The notes under the pieces are model-generated. The model was not told where the DNA came from. It did not search any database and saw only the letters and a program-made list of their open reading frames with translations. The position numbers were made by a program, and so were the translations under genes. Below are positions 1 to 6,652 of a stretch of DNA of 42,733 bases, one piece after another. The DNA is from a virus. Position 1 is the first letter of the stretch. Every line of letters begins with the position of its first letter. The stretch is from the IMG/VR virus record IMGVR_UViG_3300050335_000080; one strand, 5' to 3'.

Positions 1-127
1 CCCCCAGACCATAAGGCAGTCCTGCACCGAAACCACTACACTCCCTCCTTCCCGACAATCGCCTCCCGCAGCTGATACCGGGTGAAACTCTCCCGCCAGC
101 CGCCTGTTGAAGAATGGAACAACCACA
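1..127. repeat. Terminal overlap. Bases 1-127 are identical to 42607-42733, the signature of a circular assembly.
   Basis: I compared the two ends base by base. The string cccccagaccataagg...gaatggaacaaccaca occurs at both termini. The length is exactly 127 nt, a common maximum assembler k-mer. Confidence 0.9.
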
Positions 128-413
128 GCGGCCCCGCCTGGCACTGCAAAACCCGTTCGAACACGAACTTGCCGTGCTTCAGCCCGACCTTCTGCCCGGG
201 AACCATCTCCGGAATCGGCACGGGCGAAAAAACATACGACTGCCGCTCGGGCATGGGGTACCCCGCTTCCGTCAACACCCGCTTCAGAGAAAAAGCAGAA
301 ACCCCGAAATCCTCCGAAACCGCCTTGTACGTCTCCCCGGCGAAAAGCCTCTTCGAAATCTCGTCCGCCCGCTGCTTCGCCGCCAGGACCGCCGGCCCCG
401 TCTTAGGCGGCAT
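36..413 (-). CDS. HTH DNA-binding protein of unknown role, in the early/immunity region
   Basis: ORF 36..431. The likely ATG is at 413 (MPPKTGPAVL...). There is an HTH-like segment ETYKAVSEDFGVSAFSLKRVL. Amino-acid composition is balanced, unlike the shadow frames. Confidence 0.6.
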   Translation of the reverse strand: MPPKTGPAVLAAKQRADEISKRLFAGETYKAVSEDFGVSAFSLKRVLTEAGYPMPERQSYVFSPVPIPEMVPGQKVGLKHGKFVFERVLQCQAGPLWLFHSSTGGWRESFTRYQLREAIVGKEGV

Positions 414-670
414 TATTCCGCTCCCGCTCAAGCTGCCGCAGGCGGAAATCCGGCACCCTGCGCCCGTTCCACTTCCTCAGGAACCTCCGGAGAATCTCCC
501 GGAAAATCACCACTTCAATCCTCCTCTACTACACTGGTAAAACCATGTAAAAAGGCCGATCTTCCGCGCCGGCTGGGGAAGGACACCGCGGTGGACCCAT
601 CTCCACCAGGTGGACCGCGAAAGCCCGGTCAGCCTGCAACAGATTGCCGTGTGGTACAGAGGCTGACCTG

Positions 671-883
671 TCATCCCGCGGCCTCCTCTTCCAGTCTCTT
701 GACCAGCTCGTGGATGTCCTTTTTCCGCCAGCAGGTGACCTTAACCGTCTTCAATTTGACCGGCTGGGGAAACTTCCCCTCCTTCACCCCGCTCCACCAG
801 GCGCTTTTCCCAAAAGGAACCATCTGCAGAATCTGCTTCAAGCGATAGAACCCAAGTTCCTCGATGACCGTCACTGGCTTCAC
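671..883 (-). CDS. AlpA-family (excisionase-like) DNA-binding regulator
   Basis: 70 aa. FYRLKQILQMVPFGKSAWWSGVKEGKFPQPVKL matches the AlpA/phage CP4-57 regulatory HTH pattern. This family usually partners P4-type integrases. Confidence 0.75.
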   Translation of the reverse strand: MKPVTVIEELGFYRLKQILQMVPFGKSAWWSGVKEGKFPQPVKLKTVKVTCWRKKDIHELVKRLEEEAAG

Positions 884-921
884 CTCCCACTCATCTTTTT
901 ATTTCCCGTAGAAAAGGCTCC

Positions 922-1368
922 TCAGTTCCTGTACTTGCCCCTCATGGCCATAGCGTCCAGGGCCTTTGCCCTAGCCTCGGCCAGAAGAGAATCCAGCTGG
1001 GTTTCGTCTTCCACGTTGCCGATAATTTCGATGCCGATCTTCGTTGGTGAAATATGCACCGAAAAGGTATTGGCAGCTTCGCTCCTCATGTCCATCGTCG
1101 TATCCCTCCATTCGTCATCAGCTTCAAAAATCACGCGAACCTCCCAGGTATTAGGCTGGGGCCCATTGAAAAACTCAGTTTTTGAGATACGTAGAGATTC
1201 ACAAAGCTTTTCTATGTCAGATGCGACTGGTTCACGTTCTCCTCGCTCCCAGTTGCTTAAGGTTACCGGGTGAACCTTAATCAATTCACTTAATTGCGCT
1301 TGGGTTAGTCCAAGCCTCTTTCGGGCCCAAGATATGTGCCTGCCAATGCCCCTTTTCAAGCTCAACAC
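922..1368 (-). CDS. XRE-family HTH regulator and first gene of the minus-strand early operon (Cro/early-regulator candidate)
   Basis: RKRLGLTQAQLSELIKVHPVTLSNWERGEREP is a canonical XRE HTH. GTG/TTG start at 1368/1365, preceded by AAGGGG. A consensus promoter lies immediately upstream. Confidence 0.8.
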   Translation of the reverse strand: MLSLKRGIGRHISWARKRLGLTQAQLSELIKVHPVTLSNWERGEREPVASDIEKLCESLRISKTEFFNGPQPNTWEVRVIFEADDEWRDTTMDMRSEAANTFSVHISPTKIGIEIIGNVEDETQLDSLLAEARAKALDAMAMRGKYRN

Positions 1369-1383
1369 CCCCTTGTTTTCTGG

Positions 1384-1412
1384 ATTATAGCTTAGCGAAA
1401 AGACATAGTCAA
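1384..1412 (-). promoter_or_regulatory. Near-consensus sigma70-type promoter driving the minus-strand XRE/early operon
   Basis: The minus strand reads TTGACT (1412..1407), a 17-nt spacer, then TATAAT (1389..1384). This lies about 16 nt upstream of the GTG at 1368. Confidence 0.7.
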
Positions 1413-1457
1413 TACAACTCTTAGTCGTAACGCTTAGATTTTCTCGCCAAGTGTTTA

Positions 1458-1486
1458 TTGTGTTTATTTAGTCGCTTGGCTATTCT
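1458..1486 (+). promoter_or_regulatory. Candidate divergent promoter for the plus-strand repressor operon
   Basis: TTGTGT (1458-1463), a 17-nt spacer, then TATTCT (1481-1486). It sits about 20 nt upstream of the ATG at 1506. It is weaker than its divergent partner. TTAGTCG occurs at 1421 and 1468, and TAGTC three times, as possible operator half-sites. Confidence 0.4.
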
Positions 1487-1505
1487 GCTTAATGAAATAG
1501 GGGTG

Positions 1506-1901
1506 ATGGTTTTGTCTATAGCTGAAAGGATTAAGGAGGAAAGGGAGCGTGCCGGGCTTACCCAAGAAGAACTTGCTGCGAAAGCAAGGGTGAACCCTGT
1601 GACTATTTCTGTTTGGGAAAACGGAAAGCGAACTCCGAAAATTGCTTCTTTGCAAAAACTTGCAACAGCTTTAGATATAAGCGTTGATGTTTTCATTGTG
1701 GATCTTCCCCAAGAATTGCCATCACAACCTGTAGGTCGGGTTGGTAGAGGGAAAGACAGTGGTAGTGAAGATGACGACATTTATATATCAAAAATTACTC
1801 TTATGCTTCAAGGTATGTCAGAAGAACAAAAACTTAAAGTGCTTCAATACGTTTTTGACCAAAAACAAATAAACGATTTGAAGCGCCAGCGGGAGGGATA
1901 G
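1506..1901 (+). CDS. XRE-family HTH regulator (CI-like repressor candidate), first gene of the only plus-strand operon
   Basis: ERIKEERERAGLTQEELAAKARVNPVTISVWENGKRTP is an XRE HTH. ATG at 1506 follows AGGGG. It is divergent from the 922..1368 regulator, a classic switch layout. Confidence 0.8.
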   Translation: MVLSIAERIKEERERAGLTQEELAAKARVNPVTISVWENGKRTPKIASLQKLATALDISVDVFIVDLPQELPSQPVGRVGRGKDSGSEDDDIYISKITLMLQGMSEEQKLKVLQYVFDQKQINDLKRQREG

Positions 1902-1913
1902 GGAGGTTTTTTG

Positions 1914-2291
1914 ATGGGTAAAAAAATCACAGTTTTCTTGGGCTTGGGTCTATTGGTTTTCTTTCTTACTCTAATCATAGACGCTCTTTTGGCAATGGCT
2001 CTCGATTCAAAAACTTCTCCGATGCCTTCTTTTTGGATAGTTTCGATAGCTTTGCTCTGGGTTGTGGTTTTTGCAGAAACCCTACCTATAAGAGTAAGGT
2101 TTTTCAGCTACTTGAAAGGTGTAGGGGTTTTTCTTGCTTGTTATTTACTGTTCCCATTGGCTACGGGGTTAATCTTTAAGGCGTCGCCCGGGTTGTTTCT
2201 TTCGAATTTATGGTTAATGGCGTTTTTCAACAGAGGTCTTCCAGGCCTTATTGCCATCTATTTCACCTACAACACGGTAAAAAAAACATAA
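1914..2291 (+). CDS. Polytopic membrane protein (about 4 TM helices), co-operonic with the repressor
   Basis: GGGAGG RBS at 1901-1906, ATG at 1914. Four hydrophobic stretches are visible: ITVFLGLGLLVFFLTLIIDALLAMAL, FWIVSIALLWVVVFA, VGVFLACYLLFPLATGLIF and LWLMAFF..GLIAIYF. One sampled line gave about 33% GC. Confidence 0.7.
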   Translation: MGKKITVFLGLGLLVFFLTLIIDALLAMALDSKTSPMPSFWIVSIALLWVVVFAETLPIRVRFFSYLKGVGVFLACYLLFPLATGLIFKASPGLFLSNLWLMAFFNRGLPGLIAIYFTYNTVKKT

Positions 2292-2336
2292 TTACCTAAG
2301 CGCCCGAAACGACTGAGATAAAAGGGAGGGTTTTCT

Positions 2337-3737
2337 TTGCCGCCGAACATGTCCCTTGAATCCTATCTGCTGTATGGTCTTGGGAGGGGAGACGTCTGGC
2401 TTTTTATTTTCATCTTTCTCGCCGTTCTCTGGGGGCTGATTTCCCTTCTGACCCACAGGGCTGAACAGCGCGGAATGCAAAAAGAAAGAGATCTTTGGAA
2501 AAAGTGCAAAGAATCGTCTTCGACCGATCAGGATTACGTCTCTTATCTTGAAAAAGAGAAAGACAGTTTTGAACAGCGGCTGGAAGAAGAGAAAATAAGG
2601 AACTGGGAACTGCATGAAGAAAACAAAAAGCTTGCCGCGGCCCTTCAGAAAAACATACCGCAATTTCTTGAGCAGAAGGTTCTCGGATTGCAAAAACTGC
2701 TGGCCGAGGCAGGAAAAAAGAACCGTGACCTTGAGAGCACCCTCCTTCAAGTAAGGAAGCGATATTTGGAAAGAGTGTCTGAGTTTAACGGAAAGATTGA
2801 TCAGCTCGAACAAGAAATAAAGCGCCTTGGACAAGAACCTTCAATGCGGCCCACGCCGCTTCCCCCAGTGCCGCCTGCCCCTCCTGTAGGGCCTCGCCAC
2901 GGCCCATTCCCCACCGGAAGAGACTATGAAAAAACCACGGCTCATCCCGCTCTTCTGGAACGAGAAAAGAAGACTCCCCCTCTTGCCGGCATCGATTTGT
3001 TCCCCGAGATCGAAAGGGATCCGCGATTCGTACAGTATTCCAATGATCTTTCCCGAAGCCCGAATGACGGCAAATGCATTTTGTGCAGGGAGTCAGTTGG
3101 AAGGGGGGATATTCTTCTGACGGACGGCAGGATGATCCACCAAAAATGTTTCGATCAGTGTTTTTCAAAACTGGATAACTTAAAAAGCGACAACGACGCC
3201 GATGCGTTTTTGAAAGAAAATCCTCAGGATGTCTTCCGCGCAAAATGGCTTTGCGTCCACTATCCTGATTATCCGCCAGATTGGATCTCCCGTAAAAAAA
3301 TGATCCTCGAGAGAGCCGACTACGAATGCGAAGAATGCGGCGAATTCGAAGACGAGCTTCATGTCCACCATAAACACCCACTCGGGGAAGGCGGAAACAA
3401 TTCTCTGTCCAACCTCCAATGCCTCTGCAAAGAATGCCATGAAGAAAAACACGGCAGAAAAACTGAGGGAATTTGGGTAAAAAGAAAGGACGCCATACAG
3501 AAGGCTATCGCCGATAAAGAGGACGTTGAATTCGATTACACAAGCCAGGAAGGAGAAAAAACGCATAGAAAAATTACTCCTCAACGTTTTGAAAACCGGC
3601 ACGGCTGGCTTCACGTGAAGGGATACTGCCACCTGCGGAACGCGGAGCGGACCTTCAATATCCGCAGAATGCGGAACCTTAGAGTCAAGGACGATGACGG
3701 CACCACCATAACTCTGTATCAAATGGCGCCCGATTAA
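2337..3737 (+). CDS. Membrane-anchored coiled-coil protein with a Cys/His finger, an HNH nuclease motif and a C-terminal WYL-like domain
   Basis: TTG start 5 nt after AAAGGGAGGG. Layout:
- TM helix, aa 19-39 (VWLFIFIFLAVLWGLISLLT)
- heptad-rich region, aa 45-165
- Pro-rich linker
- CILC..(x17)..HQKC finger
- HNH motif ECEECG..HVHHKHPLGEGGNNSLSNLQCLCKECHEEKHG (nt 3294-3461)
- WYL-like VEFDYTSQEGEKTHRKITPQRFENRHGWLHVKGYCHLRNAERTFNIRRMRNLRV (nt 3489-3692). Confidence 0.8.
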   Translation: MPPNMSLESYLLYGLGRGDVWLFIFIFLAVLWGLISLLTHRAEQRGMQKERDLWKKCKESSSTDQDYVSYLEKEKDSFEQRLEEEKIRNWELHEENKKLAAALQKNIPQFLEQKVLGLQKLLAEAGKKNRDLESTLLQVRKRYLERVSEFNGKIDQLEQEIKRLGQEPSMRPTPLPPVPPAPPVGPRHGPFPTGRDYEKTTAHPALLEREKKTPPLAGIDLFPEIERDPRFVQYSNDLSRSPNDGKCILCRESVGRGDILLTDGRMIHQKCFDQCFSKLDNLKSDNDADAFLKENPQDVFRAKWLCVHYPDYPPDWISRKKMILERADYECEECGEFEDELHVHHKHPLGEGGNNSLSNLQCLCKECHEEKHGRKTEGIWVKRKDAIQKAIADKEDVEFDYTSQEGEKTHRKITPQRFENRHGWLHVKGYCHLRNAERTFNIRRMRNLRVKDDDGTTITLYQMAPD

Positions 3738-3742
3738 AAACA

Positions 3743-3765
3743 GGCCCCGGGGATTTCCCGGGGCC
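3743..3765. terminator. Bidirectional intrinsic terminator between the convergent HNH-WYL gene and int
   Basis: Stem ggccccggg (3743-3751) and cccggggcc (3757-3765) with loop gattt. It is flanked by aaaaaca upstream and tttctcttt downstream. Confidence 0.75.
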
Positions 3766-3841
3766 TTTCTCTTTACCATATCGGTGACGCCACCGGAATG
3801 GTCATTCTTTTAGCTTCACCATTTTCCCGCCGGGAAAATGG

Positions 3842-4993
3842 TCACCCATCCGCCTGCGTGTCCAGCCAGTCCGCCCACCATTGCATCATCTTTTTCCGCT
3901 CCGGCAGGTACTCGGCGAAATTATAGGCCGCACGAACGTCGTCCTTCTCCGCGTGGGCCAGCTGCCGCTCGATCCAGTCCCGGTTCCACTGGTGCTCGTT
4001 GAGTATCGTGCTGGCCATGCTGCGGAACCCGTGCCCCGTGAATTCGTCCTGGGCGTATCCCAGGCGCCGGATGGCCGCGTTCGCCGTAGCGTCGCTCATG
4101 GGGCGGCTGGCCGTCCGATTCGACGGAAAGAGATATTTGCCACCTCCGGTATACAGCTCCGTCTCCCTGACTACCGCCGCCGCCTGGGTGGATAGAGGAA
4201 TAATATGCGGTCTGGGCATTTTCATTTTTTCCGCGGAAATCCGCCACTCCATTTTTTCCAGGTCGAACTCCGACCACTCTGCGTGGCGCAGATCCCCGGG
4301 ACGAACAAACGTGTAGGCCTGGAGAAGCAAGGCGCACCGCGTCCGCTCGGTATCCATTCCGCGGATGGCCCGCATGAGTGCCCCTATGCCCCGTGGATCG
4401 GTAATGGTCGGATGGTGCTGCGTCTTCACCGGCACCAGGGCGCCCCGGAGATCTCCCGCAGGATCGTGATCCACGGCGCCGATCGCCACGCCATAACGGA
4501 ACACCTGGCTGCACAGCTGGTTTACGCGGTGGGCCAGCTCCGGCGCGTTCCGCGACTCTATCTCCCGGGCGATCTTCAGGACATCTGCCGGAGAAATCAT
4601 GTTTGCCGATTTCCCTCCGATGGCCGGAAAAACGAGCCTCTCCAGCCTGGAGGTCTTTGTTCGCACCGTGATGGGTTTCATTACGGGGATAATCTTTGTT
4701 TTCAGCCATTCCCGAGCCAGAGATTCAAACGTCCTCCCCTGCGGCTTCGAGAAGGGATTATTGCCGATGGCCACCTGCAGCCGCACCTCGTCCCGAGCCT
4801 TTCGGGCGTCCTTCAGGCCGACTGCCGGGTACTTCCCCAGGGACCGCTTGAAGACACGCCCCTGAATTTGTATCTTCAGCCGCCAAAACTTGTCCCCGGA
4901 CGGCATAACCTCGATGGACAAACCCGCCTCGTCCAGGACCTCGTATCTCCGTTCCCGCGCAGCAAGATTCCTGATGCCTGTGTCCGTAAGCAT
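3842..4993 (-). CDS. int: Tyrosine recombinase/integrase, P4-like (DUF4102-type arm-binding N-terminus)
   Basis: The real start is probably the ATG at 4993 (MLTDTGIRNL...), after GGGGGAGGGG. The N-terminus reads RYEVLDEAGLSIEVMPSGDKFWRLK. Catalytic signatures are TFVRPGDLR, HGFRSMAST and LAHAEKDDVRAAY. Confidence 0.9.
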   Translation of the reverse strand: MLTDTGIRNLAARERRYEVLDEAGLSIEVMPSGDKFWRLKIQIQGRVFKRSLGKYPAVGLKDARKARDEVRLQVAIGNNPFSKPQGRTFESLAREWLKTKIIPVMKPITVRTKTSRLERLVFPAIGGKSANMISPADVLKIAREIESRNAPELAHRVNQLCSQVFRYGVAIGAVDHDPAGDLRGALVPVKTQHHPTITDPRGIGALMRAIRGMDTERTRCALLLQAYTFVRPGDLRHAEWSEFDLEKMEWRISAEKMKMPRPHIIPLSTQAAAVVRETELYTGGGKYLFPSNRTASRPMSDATANAAIRRLGYAQDEFTGHGFRSMASTILNEHQWNRDWIERQLAHAEKDDVRAAYNFAEYLPERKKMMQWWADWLDTQADG

Positions 4994-5283
4994 TTGCACC
5001 CCTCCCCCGCCCACACAAAAAGCCCGTTTTCCCTGTGGGCGATTTGTGGGCAAATATTGCGTGGATGTACATAGTTTATCACGGACACCCACGGAAGTTG
5101 AAGGGTATAAAAAAATCCGCCGTTGCAAGGCTTTAGGACATCCTTGGACAACTGCGGAAAGTGGGCTTGGTGCCGGGGGGGGGGATGGAAATAATTGCGC
5201 GGGAGTAGTATTTATAATTGTTTGGAGGCTTTTTAAATTTTGCCTGTGGGCGGTTTTACTTTTTAAGTCCACTCCAGGGCACT
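4994..5283. other. Non-coding region next to int and a probable attP region with candidate arm-type repeats
   Basis: No convincing ORF. The region is AT-richer than its flanks. CCTGTGGGCG occurs at 5032-5041 and 5243-5252, and TGTGGGC also at 5045-5051. No tRNA-like 3' fragment was recognised. Confidence 0.35.
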
Positions 5284-5313
5284 AAAAAAGAGGGGACCCC
5301 AAGAGGCTCCCTC
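5284..5313 (-). terminator. Intrinsic terminator ending the long minus-strand late/lysis transcription unit
   Basis: The minus strand reads GAGGGAGCCTCTTGGGGTCCCCTC followed by TTTTTT. It lies 8 nt after the stop of the last lysis-cassette ORF. Confidence 0.55.
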
Positions 5314-5320
5314 GTCCCTA

Positions 5321-5440
5321 TCATTTTCTCTCCCATGGCCATTTTCCGCGCTCCAGCTTGTACAGCGCGGAGATTCCAGCAGCCATAAAAATCACCATAA
5401 CGATAACGCTTGGCCAGTATCCTATATAATCGGAAAGCAT
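5321..5440 (-). CDS. 39-aa single-TM peptide, last gene of the lysis cassette
   Basis: It is not in the ORF track because it is under 60 aa. AAAGGAG lies 6 nt upstream of the ATG at 5440. My own translation is MLSDYIGYWPSVIVMVIFMAAGISALYKLERGKWPWERK. Confidence 0.5.
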   Translation of the reverse strand: MLSDYIGYWPSVIVMVIFMAAGISALYKLERGKWPWERK

Positions 5441-5466
5441 TGTTATCTCCTTTCACGTACCATAAA

Positions 5467-5868
5467 TTACTTCACCAGGCCCATAACTATCCCGCCTGCC
5501 AGGAACCCGATGATCCCCGACGTCGTCTTCGCCTTCCGGATATCACCCCGCATGGCGATCTGCAGCGATTCAGCAGCCGTCCGTTCGCTCCGCAGCGCCG
5601 CCTCCAGGGAGAGGACCTGCACGGCCAGTTTATCCGCCAGGGCGCGTTCCTCGAGGATCTGCCCCTTCAGCGTCTCCACAATCTTTTCGAGACGCAGGAG
5701 GTCAGCTTCCCGTGCGCGAAACACGTCCACGGGCATTGAGACATATTTCCCGTCACGGCTCAGTTCTATCGGTCCTGCGGCGCTCGCGCTCATTGGCGCC
5801 GTCAATAAGGTCGCCAATAGGCACACCGCTAAAATCTTCACTTTCAATCTTCCGCACCTCCCCGTCAT
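5467..5868 (-). CDS. Secreted or membrane coiled-coil lysis-accessory protein (spanin-like candidate), with an N-terminal signal-like segment and a C-terminal TM
   Basis: Start is uncertain: ATG at 5868, or TTG at 5847 after GGGAGG. KILAVCLLATLLTAPMSASAAGP is signal-like. The middle is coiled-coil. The C-terminus TSGIIGFLAGGIVMGLVK is a TM. The 5' end overlaps the preceding gene out of frame. Confidence 0.5.
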   Translation of the reverse strand: MTGRCGRLKVKILAVCLLATLLTAPMSASAAGPIELSRDGKYVSMPVDVFRAREADLLRLEKIVETLKGQILEERALADKLAVQVLSLEAALRSERTAAESLQIAMRGDIRKAKTTSGIIGFLAGGIVMGLVK

Positions 5869-6085
5869 GCTCCCGGCGGACCTCCTCAGTCTCGCCCAGG
5901 ACGTCCCGGATCTCCCGCAGCAGCTCGTCCGTTTCCCGCTGCGCCTGATCGTATTTTTCCGACGCGGCGCGGGCTCCCACACCGAAAATACCTGCCAGGG
6001 AGAGAAACAGCAGCTCCAAGCGGCCGGTAGTATATAACCATACCGATACCGCCAAGAGGCAGCCTGTAAGCAACCATTTCTTCAT
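5753..6085 (-). CDS. N-terminally membrane-anchored coiled-coil protein (i-spanin-like candidate)
   Basis: ATGA overlap with the upstream gene. The N-terminus has two hydrophobic stretches (WLLTGCLLAVSVWLY and LLFLSLAGIFGV), followed by a highly charged helical region. Confidence 0.55.
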   Translation of the reverse strand: MKKWLLTGCLLAVSVWLYTTGRLELLFLSLAGIFGVGARAASEKYDQAQRETDELLREIRDVLGETEEVRREHDGEVRKIESEDFSGVPIGDLIDGANERERRRTDRTEP

Positions 6086-6276
6086 TCCCCTTTCCCCCCA
6101 GGACGGCCCAATGCGTACCCCACCAGCCCGCTCAACACACTTGCCGTGTGGTCGGCCGATATTTTGTCGTTGTAGATCAGGGCGAAAATGGCCCCCACTG
6201 TGAAAAATACGATCAGGTCCCGCGCCTCGAACTCCTCAAAAAGCTTTTCCCAGAACCATCTCTTGAAATCGGGCAT
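6082..6276 (-). CDS. Small 2-TM protein (holin candidate)
   Basis: The likely start is the ATG at 6276, 7 nt after GGAGG. The two hydrophobic helices are LIVFFTVGAIFALIY and ASVLSGLVGYALG. It lies close to the endolysin gene (two genes downstream). Confidence 0.55.
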   Translation of the reverse strand: MPDFKRWFWEKLFEEFEARDLIVFFTVGAIFALIYNDKISADHTASVLSGLVGYALGRPGGKGE

Positions 6277-6280
6277 ATCG

Positions 6281-6649
6281 TCACCTCCCCGCATATGCGG
6301 CGATAAGCCCCGTAATCGCCGCCGTCAGAGCGATCCAGAGTCCGTTCCGAAGTGCGCTCCCCAGTAGAGTATTCAGCCAGTCGTCCCGGCTAACGGGAGC
6401 AGTCTCCATTTTTCGAAGTCCGTATTCGTACACCCGTTCCCGCAGGGCGCACCTCGTTTCTATGGTACGCAGGACCTCCCACGTTTCATCTTCAGTTCGC
6501 TCGATTTTGGTGATACGCGATTCAAGGTTGTCGAGCCTCTGGGAGTGCAGCGCCAGGGTTGTCGTCGCCTCTGCAAGCCGCGTAAGAGTTTGCTTGATCT
6601 CCGCAATATCGTCCTTTAATTCCTGCATCCCGATGTATTGAGATTCCAT
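6281..6649 (-). CDS. Coiled-coil protein with a C-terminal TM (lysis-associated, function unclear)
   Basis: GGAGG RBS. It starts directly after the endolysin stop. The C-terminal TM is GLWIALTAAITGLIAAYA. Confidence 0.6.
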   Translation of the reverse strand: MESQYIGMQELKDDIAEIKQTLTRLAEATTTLALHSQRLDNLESRITKIERTEDETWEVLRTIETRCALRERVYEYGLRKMETAPVSRDDWLNTLLGSALRNGLWIALTAAITGLIAAYAGR

Positions 6650-6652
6650 CGC

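Noticed and set aside
1-127. A genuine T7-style direct terminal repeat, i.e. physical genome ends.
   Set aside because: The repeat boundary falls inside coding sequence, and its length of exactly 127 nt matches a standard assembler k-mer. Without read-start data, the assembly-overlap explanation is simpler. It is kept as an alternative in the corresponding finding.
403-513. A 36-aa basic peptide ORF (GTG start after GAGGAGG; VVIFREILRRFLRKWNGRRVPDFRLRQLERERNNAA) in the gap between the AlpA-like and HTH genes.
   Set aside because: The RBS is strong, but the ORF is very short and Arg-rich like a shadow frame, and I cannot test it for conservation. It is not reported as a feature.
590-630. The motif GGTGGACC repeated twice, with a GGTGGA/TCCACC inverted pair, in the AlpA-HTH intergenic gap, considered as an operator.
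   Set aside because: The motifs are short and GC-rich in a GC-rich genome, with only two copies and no associated promoter elements. The chance occurrence rate is too high to support a call.
3818-3842. A 12-bp inverted repeat (accattttcccg-c-cgggaaaatggt) abutting the int stop codon, considered as a terminator or an attP core.
   Set aside because: No U-tract follows on the int strand, and there is no evidence linking it to recombination. It could be either, so it is mentioned only in the attP finding.
4994-5272. The 93-codon N-terminal extension of the integrase ORF, with the annotated ORF start at 5272.
   Set aside because: The extension (MDLKSKTAHRQNLKSL...CVGGGGVQ) has no integrase-like features. 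The internal ATG at 4993 follows a GGAGG-type RBS and begins exactly at the conserved arm-binding N-terminus.
6055-6085. Lipobox LLTGC at the N-terminus of ORF 5753..6085, as evidence for an o-spanin lipoprotein.
   Set aside because: The Cys is residue 9, leaving a hydrophobic core of only ~4-5 residues. That is too short for a lipoprotein signal peptide, so the segment is more likely part of a TM helix.
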